64,000 nt of DNA, taken from the NCBI RefSeq assembly GCF_006345805.1, contig NC_043001.1, positions 115,754,001-115,818,000 on the forward strand, written 5' to 3'. The notes under the pieces are model-generated. The model was not told where the DNA came from. It saw only the letters and a program-made list of their open reading frames with translations, and did not search any database. Positions 26,001 to 39,273 of this stretch are shown here, one piece after another. Position 1 is the stretch's first letter. Every line of letters begins with the position of its first letter. The translations under genes were made by a program, and so were the position numbers. Source of the stretch: Octopus sinensis. Taxonomy: Eukaryota.

Positions 26001-28850
26001 GCCATGCTCAAATGGCGCTTTTTATGTGCCACCTGCACAGGAGCCAGTCCAGCAGCACTGGCAACAACTTCGCTCGAATGTTTTTTCACATGCCACCAGC
26101 ACAAGTGCTAGTAAGGCAATGCAGGTAACAATCATGCTCGAATGGTGTTTTTAACGTGCTATCGGCTCGGAGGCCAGATTGTTGCTCTGGCAACGATCTC
26201 ACTTGTATGGTACTCTTAGCGACCCACTTGCACAGATGCCAGTCATCAAGTTTGATTTTGATTTCGAGTTCACTTGCCTCAACAAGTCTTCGCAAGCAGA
26301 GTTTAGTGTCCAATGAAGGAAAGGCATGCATAAGTGGACTAGTTACACACCTGGCATAGGCCCCAAGGTTATGGTCTCACTTGCGTTTGCTGAGTCTTCT
26401 CAAGTGCAGCATGTTTCCAGAGGTCCCAGTCATTAGTTATTGCCTCAGTGAGGCCCAGTGTTTGAAGGTCATGCTTCACCACCTCATCCCAGGTCTTCCT
26501 GGGTCTACCTCTTCCAGGTTCCCTCAACTGCTAGGGTGTGGCACTTTTTCACACAACTATCCACATACATTCTCGCCACATGACCACACCAGCGCAGTCG
26601 TCTCTCTTGCACACCACATCTGATACTTCTTAGGTCCAACCTTTCTCTCAAGGCACTAACACTCTGTCGAGTATGCACACTGACATTACACATCCATCGG
26701 AGCATGCTGGCTTTATTCCTTGTGAGCTTACACATGTCCACAGCAGTCACAGCCCATGTTTTACTGCCATGTAGCTGATCATACACATGTGTCATACCTT
26801 TTATTCTGTGAGAGAGGCCCTTTGTCACCAGCAGAGGTAAGAGCTCTCTGAACTTTGCCCAGGCTATTCTTATTCTAGCAGCTACACTTTCAGTGCACAC
26901 TTCCCCGTTACTGACTAGGTCACCTAGGTAATGGAAGCTATCAACTACTAGTTTTTCTCCCTGGAATGTGGTGGAAGTTGTTCTTTGCTCATTTTCAGTT
27001 TTTTTTATTGCTCCTAAGCATCTGCCACATACAATAACTATCCTCCCAGCTAGCCTTCCTTTGATATTGCTGCACCTCTTATGTGTCCATAGCTTACACT
27101 GGGTACATCTTATAGAGTTTCTACCTACGCCTTTTCTGCAGATCAAGCAGAGCCATCTACCTCAAGGGATTTGTGGTTTGCTTGCCTTCCTACTTATGAG
27201 GACTTTGGTTTTAGCTAGGTTGACTCTAAGGCCCTTCGATTCAAATCCTTCTTTCCATACTTGAAACTTCTCCTCTAGTTCTGATAGTGACTCAGCAATT
27301 AGAGCAAGGTCATCAGCATAGAGGAGCTCCCAGGGGCATCGTGTCTTGAATTCCTCCATTATTGCCTGGTGGACTATGATAAATAGGAGGGGGCTGACAC
27401 TGCATCTCAGTTATTCCAGAAAGCACAGAACTTCAGACAAATCATTGCTGTTTTCATTTATGTTTTATACATCATCAAGAGTAAAATCTTTGAAGTTGGA
27501 ATTGCTACTTGTTGATACCATATCATTAAAAACCAAGAAGTCTCAAAAATTTCACCATATTTTTACTTGAATAAAGGTGGGAAAGGCTTTATCTCGCATT
27601 ATCTGAAAGCTACGAGAATTTAATAATATATGATTTGTTTATCTTTTTAGTGATTTTGTAGAGAAATCAGATATGGCAGATTAGACTGGTTCAAACAAAT
27701 AAAGAGGAATAATTTTCAGCCAGTTATGGCCAGTTTAAACACTAAGGGCTTAATTATTGTGATATCACTGCCTGTATCCAATTGTAACTTGATATTCACT
27801 TTATTCATTTTTATGAACACGAATTTTCTTTTCTGAGCTTTGCTTAGGATTTCTGTTGACGATACCTTCTTGCCAAAATTTCTTTCCTTTTACAATGTGA
27901 GCTTTTGTGACCTATTTTTCCACGCTCAAAGCATTTTAGATTTTTAAAAGGGCAGTTACATTTGAAATGTAAATCTCTGTTCCTATAGCATGGATTGGGT
28001 CTTGACATGTGTTTCTTTTTTCTATTCATTCAGGTCAACATGAATGAATATGAGAGCAATCTTTCCTTCAATTTTATCTGTGTCATCTCTTAAATTTATA
28101 ATCCTCTGGCATTCTTCTGCTACAGTCGACAGAGTTAATTTTTGGTCTTGTTCTAATTCTGTTAATATTCAGAAATGTATATCTGCATCTTTGCTTGATC
28201 AAAAATTAGACATTTGAACATGTCAAGGGTTAATTCATTTAATTTGAATTTTTCATAATCTCTTAACAACCCTGGCATAGGTGATGAAATCTTCATCATC
28301 TTTAACCAAATTTAAATACTACCAGTGAGTACTGAACAGGGAACTTCTTTTACTGAAATCTTTCAATAAAAAATGATTTCATGACAACAAATCTCACCTG
28401 GTTTCTTCGGCAGAATATAGCTACTATATTTTTCATGTGCAGCAGGGGATAGATTTCTTAAAAGTAGTAGTACTTTTTTCTCATCCATCCAATTTTTACA
28501 TTCTTCTTTGAACATTTCTTCATATCTTTGAGAATATAGAGAGAAGGTGATCCAGTCTTCTGGATTATAACTGAATTCTCCAACTGGGTTTGCTACGCTC
28601 TCTGGTGAGTATGAACCTTAAGTATTTTTAAACTTCTTTAATTTTAATCCAAGCAACTGTTGGCTTTGCTGTTGTAGTTGCTGTTGTTGTTACTGTTGTA
28701 GTTGTTGTTGATGCTGATTTTGCATGGAGGCCAATAAGTCCTCCATGTTAAACAATTTTTTGTTTTGCACCAAAAAGTTTTAATGTTCAATGCAAGCTTC
28801 GAATATCTCATGGCCATTTTTATAGCCTACTGCATTGGATATATTTTCTG
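23080..28850 (-). mobile_element. Decayed Ty3/Gypsy (K02A2.6-like) LTR retrotransposon internal region
   Basis: Minus-strand order: gag (ATG 28746, polyQ, YNPEDW, CCHC near 27900), protease (about 25200-25400), RT (CLDNIV...KCEF...LGQIIDKDG, 24291-24563), RNase H/integrase, PPT-like aaggggaag near 23085. LTRs not resolved. Confidence 0.85.
25787..27400 (-). mobile_element. 5'-truncated RTE LINE nested in the Gypsy
   Basis: (CAT)n tail, 3' UTR, and RT frames 26505-27146 and 27162-27359 (LLYADDL, PHD insert). Confidence 0.95.
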
Positions 28851-29210
28851 ATTTGGGCGTAAAGTAAGGTCTTTGTATGATGTAGTACTACTGCTGCTAG
28901 ATGAGGCTAAACACTTTCTATCAACTGCTCGAGTCAACTCGACAGTTCTTTATTTCATAGAAAAGTATCAGTCCATATTTAATCATTAGGAAGTGGTCGG
29001 AATCCTTCCACAACATTATACATCTTACTCTAGAAACCAGAACTCAATGAAGTAGATGCTTTAGTAAATTTAGGCAAAATACAGAAATGACCACAAATAT
29101 TTTAGGATCAACTAGTTCATAATTGCTCAGAGATATGATATTACAACAACAAAAAAGTAAATAAAAAAAAATCTTTTCAAAACTGTTGAAGTTGTGTAAT
29201 CTTTTCATTG

Positions 29211-30570
29211 TTGTCATCATCATCATCATCATCGTTTAACATCCATTTTCCGCGCTAGCACGGGTTGGATGGTTCGACCGGGGTCTGGTAAGCCATGGAG
29301 GCTGCACCAGGCTCCAGTCTGATCTGGCAGTGTTTCTATGGCTGGATGCCCTTCCTAACGCCAACCACTCCGCGGGTGCTTTTTACGTGCCACCTGCACA
29401 GGTGACAGGGGGGGGGGGTCTGACATCGGCCACGTTCGGATGGTGCTTTTTATGTGCAACCGGCACAGAAGCCAGTCGAGGCGGCACTGGCAACGGCTAC
29501 ATTCGGATGGTGCTTTTTATGTGCAACCGGCACAGAAGCCAGTCGAGGCGGTGCTGGCAACGGCTATGTTCGGATGGTGCTTTTTATGTGCAACCGGCAC
29601 AGAAGCCAGTCGAGGCGGCGCTGGCAACGGTTACGTTCAATGGTGCTTTTTATGTGCAACTGGCACAGAAGCCAGTCGAGGCGGCGCTAGCAATGGCTAC
29701 GTTCGGATGGTGCTTTTTATGTGCAACCGGCACAGAAGCCAGTCGAGGCGGCGCTGGCAATGGCTATGTTCGGATGGTGCTTTTTATGTGCAACCGGCAC
29801 AGAAGCCAGTCGAGGCGGTGCTGGCAACGGCTACGTTCGGATGGTGCTTTTTATGTGCAACCGGCACAGAAGCTAGTCGAGGCGGCGCTGGCAATGGCTA
29901 CGTTTGGATGGTGCTTTTTATGTGCAACCGGCACAGAAGCCAGTCGAGGTGGTGCTGGCAACGGCTACGTTCGGATGGTGCTTTTTATGTGCAACCGGCA
30001 CAGAAGCCAGTCGAGGCGGCACTGGCAACGGCTACGTTCAGATGGTGCTTTTTATGTGCAACTGGCACAGAAGCCAGTCAAGGCGGCGCTGGCAATGGCT
30101 ATGTTCGGATGGTGCTTTTTATGTGCAACCGGCACAGAAGCCAGTCGAGGCAGCGCTGGCAACGGCTACGTTTGGATGGTGCTTTTTATGTGCAACCGGC
30201 ACAGAAGCCAGTCGAGGTGGCGCTGGCAACGGCTACGTTCGGATGGTGCTATTTATGTGCAACCGGCACAGAAGCCAGTCGAGGTGGCACTGGCAACGGC
30301 TACGTTCGGATGGTGCTTTTTATGTGCCACCGGCACAGGTATCACAACTACTATTTCCATTGATATTTGTTTCGATGCTCATGTACATGCACTTGACTCA
30401 ACAAGTCTCCTCAAGCACAGCGAGATGTTCTGGGACCCAAGGTACTTTGAATGGGCAGGTGCTATGCGGAATTGGTGCCAGAAGCATCCCGGGTCTTTGC
30501 AGTCACAGCACATCTCCAGAGATCTCGGTCCTTCGCCATTGCCTCAGTAAGGCCCAACGCTCTGAGGTCG
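29211..30570 (-). mobile_element. RTE 3' fragment with an expanded 3' UTR tandem array
   Basis: (CAT)n tail and RTE 3' UTR on both sides of the array. Confidence 0.92.
29437..30337. repeat. 67-bp minisatellite, 13 full units plus a partial unit
   Basis: Unit cggatggtgctttttatgtgcaaccggcacagaagccagtcgaggcggcgctggcaacggctacgtt, starting at 29437, 29504, 29571, 29638 (66 bp), 29704 ... 30307. Confidence 0.97.
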
Positions 30571-30665
30571 GTAAATATAAATCTAGAAATGAAAAAATAT
30601 TTCACAAAAATATTTTGAACAAATCCATACTTTGTGCTTTATAGAGATAAAGAAGAGAATCTTAC

Positions 30666-30986
30666 ATTTTATATCCAAATCGAGTTCCTTTGAATGGTTA
30701 TCAAATTCACTTTTACCCGGAAAATATGCAACACACTGTAATTCCTTAAAATACTTATTAAGGGTTAATGTCAGTTCTGATGATAAAGTGCTCAGCTTTC
30801 CTGATTTGCTTGACTTGTTTGAAATATACTTTGTGGCATTTTTTTGAGTTCCATCATTCTTAGTAATCAACCAAAAGACTGAAAATTCAGGGTTGGTGTC
30901 TTTAATAAGGCATTCATAACTTTTGTTCTGATTTTCCACAGGAACTGTGTTAGAAATACTCTTGATTGTGACTGATTTTGGTAAAA
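30666..30986 (-). CDS. Ig-like domain exon (first seen; CD80-like C2/C1 type)
   Basis: ttcctatttcAG acceptor, GTAAG donor, 321 nt, phase 1/1. Reads LPKSVTI...SYECLIKDTNPEFSVFW...SSELTLTL...LQCVA...LDIK, and splices in frame to 13715 (DIK-Y-SP). Confidence 0.88.
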
Positions 30987-31031
30987 CTGAAATAGGAAAA
31001 GTGACAAAAATTATATTGAGAAATGAATGGA

Positions 31032-31066
<35 letters not shown>

Positions 31067-32344
31067 GAAAATATATATATATATGTATATTTATTTCTGC
31101 TGGAGAAGGGAACTGTGATAATAGTAATCTCATGAATATTGTTTATATATTTTTAGTTAGATGAAAAATAAAACAGGCTGTTATATGTTTATGAGTTCTG
31201 CCAAATGCAAGCTTTCTCTTCAGGTACATGATGCTGCTGTCCCCCATTCCAGGGTCTCACAGGCCCACACCTTCCACACCCTCAGAGTTGGGATACTTAA
31301 TATCAATAATCAGGTGTTGCACAATACTCACTGTTTGATCTAACTTAGCAAACCATCATATATATGGACCAACTGGAATACACTCTTATGCTATTTTTTC
31401 TTTGGATATGCAGATGACATTTTCAAGCTCAACTCTTTTCATGGTGAGACTGACAGAGTAATTTTGCCACACAAAGTAGAAGCCAAGAAGATGTTCAGAT
31501 AAACAGCTTTGTTTTCCAACCTAAAACACATCTAAAACCTCTTTTAACAGCACAAATTATAATTACTTTATTATTTCATTATCTATGCATATAAACACGG
31601 TTTAGTCTTCCACACCATATGTTAGAAAAAACTAAAGATCCCGACATTCAATCCAATTCTCCTTCTCTTTCATGCTCATTTATTATTGTTTTTCATTCAT
31701 TTATCTAATTTTGTCACAGTTTGGCTGACCAAAACCTGTTCGTTATAGCTCTAGTTAAAAATGCAAATGTCCAATTCTATCTTCTTATTATTATCATCAT
31801 CATCAATCTTTCACACCAACAGCCAAAGTGTTTGTTGCTTCGCAGTGTTATTCACCAGGCAGTTTGTTATGATGGCAAGTTAAATCCATTCCATTTGATC
31901 AATTATATTTCTCTAAATTCCAAAAATTCCATCTCGTCATGTTCTGTCTTCGCCCAGCCTAACTATGGACTCTCTCTCTCTCTCCCTCTCTCTCTCAGTT
32001 CCGTTAACCACTTGCTTCTCCCAACACGACATTACCCCCGCTCTCCCAACCCCACCCTATATAAAGTAGCGCCATTCAGATTCTGCTACCTCACATTTTA
32101 ATATCTTGCCACACAAAGTAGAACCCAAGGAAACGTTCAGATAAACAACTCTGTTTTCCAACCTAAAACACATCTAAAACCCCCTTTTTTTTAGCAAAAT
32201 TATAATTACTTTGTTATTTCATTATCTATCTATGTAAATACAGTTTCTTTTTCCATACCATATGCTAGTGAAAACTTAAGATCCCTATGTTCCATGCAAT
32301 TCTCCCTCTTTCTCTCTTCTCTTTCATGCTCATTTATTATTGTT

Positions 32345-35300
32345 ATTATAATGGAGATTTTAATGGGCATGTTGGGCGGGAATCGGGTATCTTCACTGGT
32401 GTACACAGGGGCCATGGTATTGGTTCCCGAAACGAGGGAACTAGGCTACCGGAGTTCTTTTAATCTGCAACACTAACTTCAGCAAACCAGACAGCCACCT
32501 GATAACCTATCAATCAGGTGACTCTGCTAGCCAGATTGTTTTCATCCTCACCAGACAGTGGGATGCAGGGTTGTTCTTAAATACAAAGTTCCTCCCAGGT
32601 GAAGAGTGTACACCCCAGCATTAGTGACTTTAGGCTCGAGGCCAGAAGGATACCAAGAAGCAGACCAATCTAAAACAAGGATTTGGAAGCTAAAGAACCC
32701 TTCAAATGGTCAGAGATTTAGGGACATCCTCATCAAGAAATTTGATGAGAGGGAAGAGGAACTACAGTCCTAAAACAAAGAAGGTAGCTGGAAATTCCTA
32801 CAGGACAGCTTGCTGAGTGCCACAGACCAAAACTGCGGATGGTGCAAAGTCCCTTCCAGACCTAGAGTTACGTGGTGATGGAATAGTACGGTAGACAAAG
32901 CCATTACACTAAAGAAACAGGCCTGGAAAGCCTGGGAGGGTGCGTGTAGCAGGGAACTGTACCAGGTGACCAAAAGGGAGGCTGGGCGGTAGGCATGCAT
33001 AGCCAAGGGAGAAGTACAAAAGAAGTTTGCGAAAGTCCAGCAATGTGAGGACCAAAGAACTGAGGTATTTCAGATTGCAAAACAGTGTGTTAGAGAAAAT
33101 TGTGATGTCACAGGAGCGAAATGTGTCTACATCGAAGATGGTGCACTTACTTTTAATGATTCGGAAAAGAAAGAGGCTTGGAGAAGCCATTATGAAAGAC
33201 TGCTGAATGTGGAGAATGAGAGCCTGCCAAATGTTGACCCAGTAGAGGGACCAGCTATCCAAATAGACAGCTCCCTAGTAGATAAAGCAATTAAGGATAT
33301 GAAGCCAGGAAAAGCCTCTGGCCTATCAGGAATCACTGCTGAGATGCTTAAAACATCTGGTGGTGTGGGCTATGGCCTAGTTACCCACATTGTAAACCAG
33401 GTAGTTCAACATGGAGCCATACCCAATGACTGGCATAGCAGCACCATAGTCAACTGCTACAAGGGTAAAGGTGATGCTCTAGATAGAAATAACTACAAGG
33501 GTATTAAACTGCTGGATCAGGTGATGACTGTCACAGAGAGGGTCATAACCCATCTCATTAGGGAGAGAGTCTGCTTAGATGAGATGCAGTTTGGTTTTGT
33601 TCTGGGTAGAAGCACCACTGATGCCATATTACTGGTTTGACAACTGCAGGAGAAATACCTAGCTGAAGATAAACCCCTGTACTTAGCTTTTGTGGACTTG
33701 GAGAAAGCCTTTGACAGGGTTCCCCGATCCCTTATCTGGTGGGCGATGTGGAAATTGGGATTGACGAATGGTTAATAAGAGCTGTACCAGCCCTATACCG
33801 AGAGGCTGTTAGTAAGGGGAGAGAGTCTGATTAGATGAGATGCAGTTCGGCTTTGTGCCAGGTAGAAGCACCACTGATGCCATCTTCCTGGTTTGACAAC
33901 TGCAGGAGAAATACCTAGTTAAAGATAAACCCATATACTTAGCATTTGTGGACTTGGCGAAAGCCTTTGACAGGGTCCCTCGATCCCTTATTTGGTGGGT
34001 GATGTGGAAACTGGAGACTGACAAATGGTTAATAAGGACTGTACAGGCCCTATACAGACAGGTCGTTAGTATGGCTAGGATTGGCAATTAGTGAAGAATT
34101 CCAGGTAGAAGTAGGAGTCCATCAAGGTTCAGCCCTCAGCCCCCTTTTATTTATCATAGTCCTCTAGGCAATAACAGGGGAATTCAAGATGGGTTGCCCT
34201 TGAGAGCTCCTCTATGCTGATGACCTGGCCCTCATAGCAGAATTTCTACCAGAACTAGAGAAGAAATTTCGGGTGTGGAAGCAAGGTTTAGAATCAAAAG
34301 GCCTTAGAGTCAATGTAGCAAAGACCAAAGTTCTAGTAAGTAGGAAGGCGAACACATCATACATCTCCTCAGGTGGCCCTGCTCAATCTGTAGAAAAGGT
34401 TTTGGTAGAAACTCTATAGGATGTACCCAGTGTAAGCAATGGACACATAAGATGTGCAGCAACATCATAGTAAGATTAATTGAGAAGATAGCTTTCGTGT
34501 GCGACAGATGCACAGGGGCAATAAACACCACAGATGCTCAGAAAACAGATTCCATCACACTCTAGGGGGAGAAACTAGAAGTAGTTGATAGCTTCCGCTA
34601 CCTAGGTGATCAAGTCTGTAGTGGGGAGGGAGGTGGGTGCTCAGAGAGTGTTACCACTAGAATAAAAATAAGCTGGCCAAAGTTAAGAAAGTTTCTACCC
34701 CTACTGGTGACAAAGGGCCTCTCACTCAGAGTGAAAGGTAGATTGTACGATGCATGTGTGCAAACAGCCATGCTTCACAGCAGTGAATCATGGGCTGTGA
34801 CTGCGGAGGACATGTGTAGGCTCGAGAGAAACAAAGCTACCATGATCCACTGGATGCATAATGTCAGTGTGCACATACGACAGAGTGTAAGCGCCCTGAG
34901 AGAAATGTTGGACATAAGAAGCATTGGTTGTGGCATACAAGAGAGACGTTTGCACTGGTATGGTCATGTATTACGGATAGATGAGGAGAGATGTGTGAAG
35001 AAGTGCCACTTCCAAACAGTTGAAGGAATCCAGGGTAGAGGTAGATTGAGGAAGACATAGAATGAGGTGGTCAAGCATGACCTTTGAATGTTGGGCCTCA
35101 CAGAAGCAATGATGAAAGACCGAGATCTCTGGAGGTATGCTCTGACTGCGAAGACCTGGCAAATAAAGTGAGTTTACGGCTGTATTCTACATCAGTTTCG
35201 CATAACCAGCCCCAGCACATTCAAAGGTACCTTGGATCGTAGGGTGACCTGCTGTGCTTGAGGAGTATATCAACATCAAAATGAAAATCAAATGGAAATT

Positions 35301-35630
35301 GTAGTTGTGATACCCATGCTGGTGGCACATAAAAAGCACCATCTGAACATGGCTGATGCCAGCGCAGCTTCGACTAGCACCAACTGGTGTAAAAAGCACC
35401 AACCGATTGTAGCCGTTGCCAGCCTCCTCTGGCCCCTGTGCCGGTGGCACGTAAAATTTACCCACTACACTCATGGGATTGTTGGCATTAGGAAGGGCAT
35501 CCAGCTGTAGAAACACTGCCAGATCAGACTGGAACATGGTGCAGCCTCCTGGCTTCCCAGACCCCAATCGAACCATCCAACCCATGCTAGCATGGCAAAC
35601 GGACAGTAAACGATGATGATGATGATGATT
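32345..35630 (+). mobile_element. Long RTE LINE (end of endonuclease, RT, 3' UTR, (GAT)n tail)
   Basis: Broken ORF2 frames 33209-33640 and 34707-35060, tail at 35610-35630, and an internal repeat of about 256 bp. Confidence 0.95.
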
Positions 35631-35959
35631 CATTTAATTTCGTCACAGTTTCACTGACTGAAACCTGTTAGTTATAGCTTTTGTTAAGAATGCAAATGTC
35701 CAATTCTATCTCATTATTTTTATTAGTATTATTTTTATTATCATTGTTTTCATTATTAGTATTCTTTCACACTGGCAGCCAGAATGTTTGCTGTTTTGAG
35801 CTGTGTCTGCCCATCCCACCCCACCACCTATACTGGAAGTCTTTGTCCTCTGACCTCTATCGGATGTCTTTCCCCTGAACACCTCCAATGACCTAAATGC
35901 TACCCCATCTTTACTTAGTGTTTAACTCCTATGAAATGTAGTGATTACGTAGCACATAA

Positions 35960-37290
35960 AATGATGGTGTAGTGTTTGCAGGTAGGAGTCTATTGTATGT
36001 TTATGAATTCTGCCAAATGTGAGCTTTCTTTTCAGGCACATGATGCTGCTGTCCCCCACCCCAGGGTCTCGCAGGCCCATACCTTCCACAACCTCAGAGT
36101 TGGTACACTTAATATTGGCACATTGAAAGGTAGGGCTGGTGAGATTGTTGAAATGCTTGAATGGAGATGAGTAGATTTGTGCTGTATCCAAGAAGTAAGA
36201 TGGAGAGGAAGTTCTACTAGGTTCCTCACAGGCAAAGAATACAGGTATAAGATTTTCTGAGCTGGGAACACTGATGGGATCAGGGGTGTGGGTATATTTC
36301 TTGCGGACAAATGGGTTGATTAGGTAATCAAGGTAGTCAGAGACTATGACAGAATACTTAAGCTTAGATTAGTACTGCAACATGGATTAGCAACCATTAT
36401 CTTGACTTATGCCCCTCAGCTAGGGCTACCTGATGAACAGAAAGACCGATGTTATAATACCCTCTTACAGACTACAATATTGACAAATGACAAGGACCTT
36501 CTCTTTGTGGCTGGCGACTTCAATGGGCATGTTGGACAACATCCAGGGGACTTCCATGGTGTGCATGGTGGCTATGGAGGGAACCAGGCTGCTGAAATTC
36601 TGTGATGCAAATGATCTTATGATTTGTAATATTAACTTCAGGAAACCTGCTAGTCACCTATTCACCTACGGGTCTAGCAGACACACATAAGAGGTGCAGC
36701 AATATTACAGGAAGATTAACAGAGAAAGTAGTCTTTGTGTGTGGTAAATGTGCAGGTACAGAAAACAGACTCTCTCAAATGTTAGAAGGGTCTGTAGAAG
36801 TAATAGATAGTTTCTGTTACCTAGGTAACCAAGTTAGTAGTGAAGGAGGAAGCTCTGAAGGCATAGTTGTTAGAATAAGAACAGACTAGGCAATATCTAG
36901 AGAGCTGCTACCTTTGTTGGTAAAAAAGAGCTATGCTACATGGCAGTGAAATATGACTACAGAGAACACGCAAAGACTTGAAAGAAATGAAGTCAGCCTA
37001 TTCCACCGGATGGGTAATGTTAGCGTGCATATATGAGAGAGTGTAAATGATTTATGAGAAAATCTGGGTATAAGAGTATTGGAGAGAGAAGTATAGTATG
37101 GAAGAGAGAAGGCTACACTGTAATGGATGAGGACAGCTGCATAAAGAAGTTCTAATCTCTGTCTGTGCAGGAAACCTATAAAAGGGGTAAAGCCAGAAAG
37201 ACAAGGGACAAGCTGGTGAGAAATGATCTACAGAGGTAGACTCTCTTTGAGAAGATAACAAAGGAGCAAGACTTCTGGTGGTTTGTTGTG
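35960..37290 (+). mobile_element. Internally deleted RTE LINE (APE endonuclease plus RT 3' end)
   Basis: LRVGTLNIGTLKG, CCIQEVRW, YAPQLG, AGDFNGHVG, then a jump to the post-PHD RT region. Confidence 0.9.
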
Positions 37291-37989
37291 CTTGAGGAGA
37301 CACATCAAGCTAAATAACAAAATGGTCATCTATACATACAGGCATACCTTTTACAGCCATAGCTCCACCTTCACATACACACATAATTCTATCCTCTGGC
37401 AAAAACCACCCACAATCCACCTCCCTAACAACCCCACCATCCGCTGCAGGCCTCTCCAGTTCTTCTCACCATTACTTGTTATACCTTTAAATATCACCCC
37501 TCACCATTATTCTCTTTGGGTAGGTCCCCCCTCTCTCTCTCTCTCTGACTGTCTATATCTTTCTCTCTTCTACTCCCACGTCCCTCCCCTTTATTGTCCT
37601 ACTGGGTTACCAAGTATCATCTCTGTTGTAAGACAGCTATCCCAATCCCAATGTCATACTTCCACTTATCACCTGGCACATGGCCACTTCTCTTCGTTCC
37701 TCTCCTTCTCTCAACTGAGATGGTCTTGTCTTGCAAGCTACTTGGCAATGCTATGGGTGCTGGTGCCACATGAAAAGCATCTGTGCTGGCACTATGAATA
37801 AAGCATCCATGCTGGCACCACATAAAAATAAAAACCCATGCTGAAACCAAATTAAAAGCTCCTAGTACATGTTGTAAAGTAATTGTCATTATGAAGGGCA
37901 TCCAACTGTAGAAACTATGCCAAAATAGAAGACGGGAGACTGGTGTAGCCCTCTGATTTACCAGCACTTGTTAAACATGGAAAACATAT

Positions 37990-38700
37990 ATCAAGTAATG
38001 ATGGTGATGTTGATAATGATGTAGCAGGTAACAACTTCAGACTTGGAGACACAAACCAATCTGGAAAATATCCAGTTAAAGAGCAATTTCTTCTTGATCA
38101 TGAAATAGGGTAAATAAACTTTCATCCTCATTTTTAAGCAGATTGAATGTTTTTTTTTAATGTAAAAAATACCTATGTAAACCCTACTCTTCACCAGGGT
38201 GGGTGAGTGTAAATATAAACCCCTTTCCCCCATCCTCTGTTATTTTAAAAAGTTTTCTCAAAATGGTAAATGTTGTGATAATGAAAGTTTGTGATTTTCA
38301 TTTTTAATACTTGTAACACATTTTTGGAGCTTTTCTATATTCATGAATGCATTCTTTAAATTTTGGAGGTCTGCCATCATATTCTAACCCTTTCAAATTT
38401 TGTTTTCTGGTATGGAAATTTCATCCATGTGTACGCAGCCTATTAATGCTTTAAGTGCATTTTCTTTTTAGCAATTTGATACTAAGTTATATGCATATTT
38501 TCAAGTGCCATGCAATATTTTTAGGCTAATTAAGAAATCATACACACAAAGTAGCAGATTCACTGACAAGTTTTGGTATTTTCAGAAGGTATCCTGGAAA
38601 TACTAATGTCAGCAAAATTCATGACATCACAGCAGCCAATTCAATACAAAAACTAGAAGAACTTGTGTTGGCCTTCCATTATGAAATTTCAAGCTTATAT
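37990..38700 (-). mobile_element. PIF/Harbinger transposase fossil
   Basis: LKALIGCVHMDEISIP resembles G(A/C)IDGTHI.I, and LPY...LFNWIFSRL resembles L.PY...FN...SR. Confidence 0.5.
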
Positions 38701-39273
38701 CAAATTCTATCCCACTTTCTCTTTCCTTATGTGGTTGAATGATTGAAATTTCTTTATTTTCAATATCGATAGGCAAATAACAACAAACTGATACCAAACC
38801 TAACTTCTCTCTCTTGCTCTGTGAAAATATACGGTTATTTCAGATCTTGGATAATGAATATTTCATCTCTCTACTCACTGACAAATTAATTTCAACTTAG
38901 ATTGGTAAATTTCATGGTGGAATATTCTATCATGCAATATCAACTGAATCCGTTTCTAATACCCACCCACTACTCACCATCACTTCTGCAAAAGCGACTC
39001 AAGCATATGCATAAATGCTTTGTTTATATCTTTTATTACATTTTTTTGACCCATGAGCATGTACACAGAAGTATGGAACATATTTGTAATGTATGTGCAT
39101 ACACTTGAATGAAGGCTTTCCGGCACTGAAGGAAATTAAAACTGCAATTGTAACATTATTTTTGACACTAAACACAAGGACCTGCAGCCTCTAGGCATGT
39201 GACCCCAAAAATCTTTCTCTTTCATTAACTGAAAGCATTCTTCAAGACTCCTTAGTTCTACAGATGCAGAGAC

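Noticed and set aside
29437-30337. CRISPR-like array
   Set aside because: There are no unique spacers and no cas genes. The whole unit is repeated and is part of an RTE 3' UTR in eukaryotic DNA.
29330-30644. Long plus-strand ORFs of 406, 307 and 246 aa
   Set aside because: They arise from a stop-free 67-bp unit read in all three frames.
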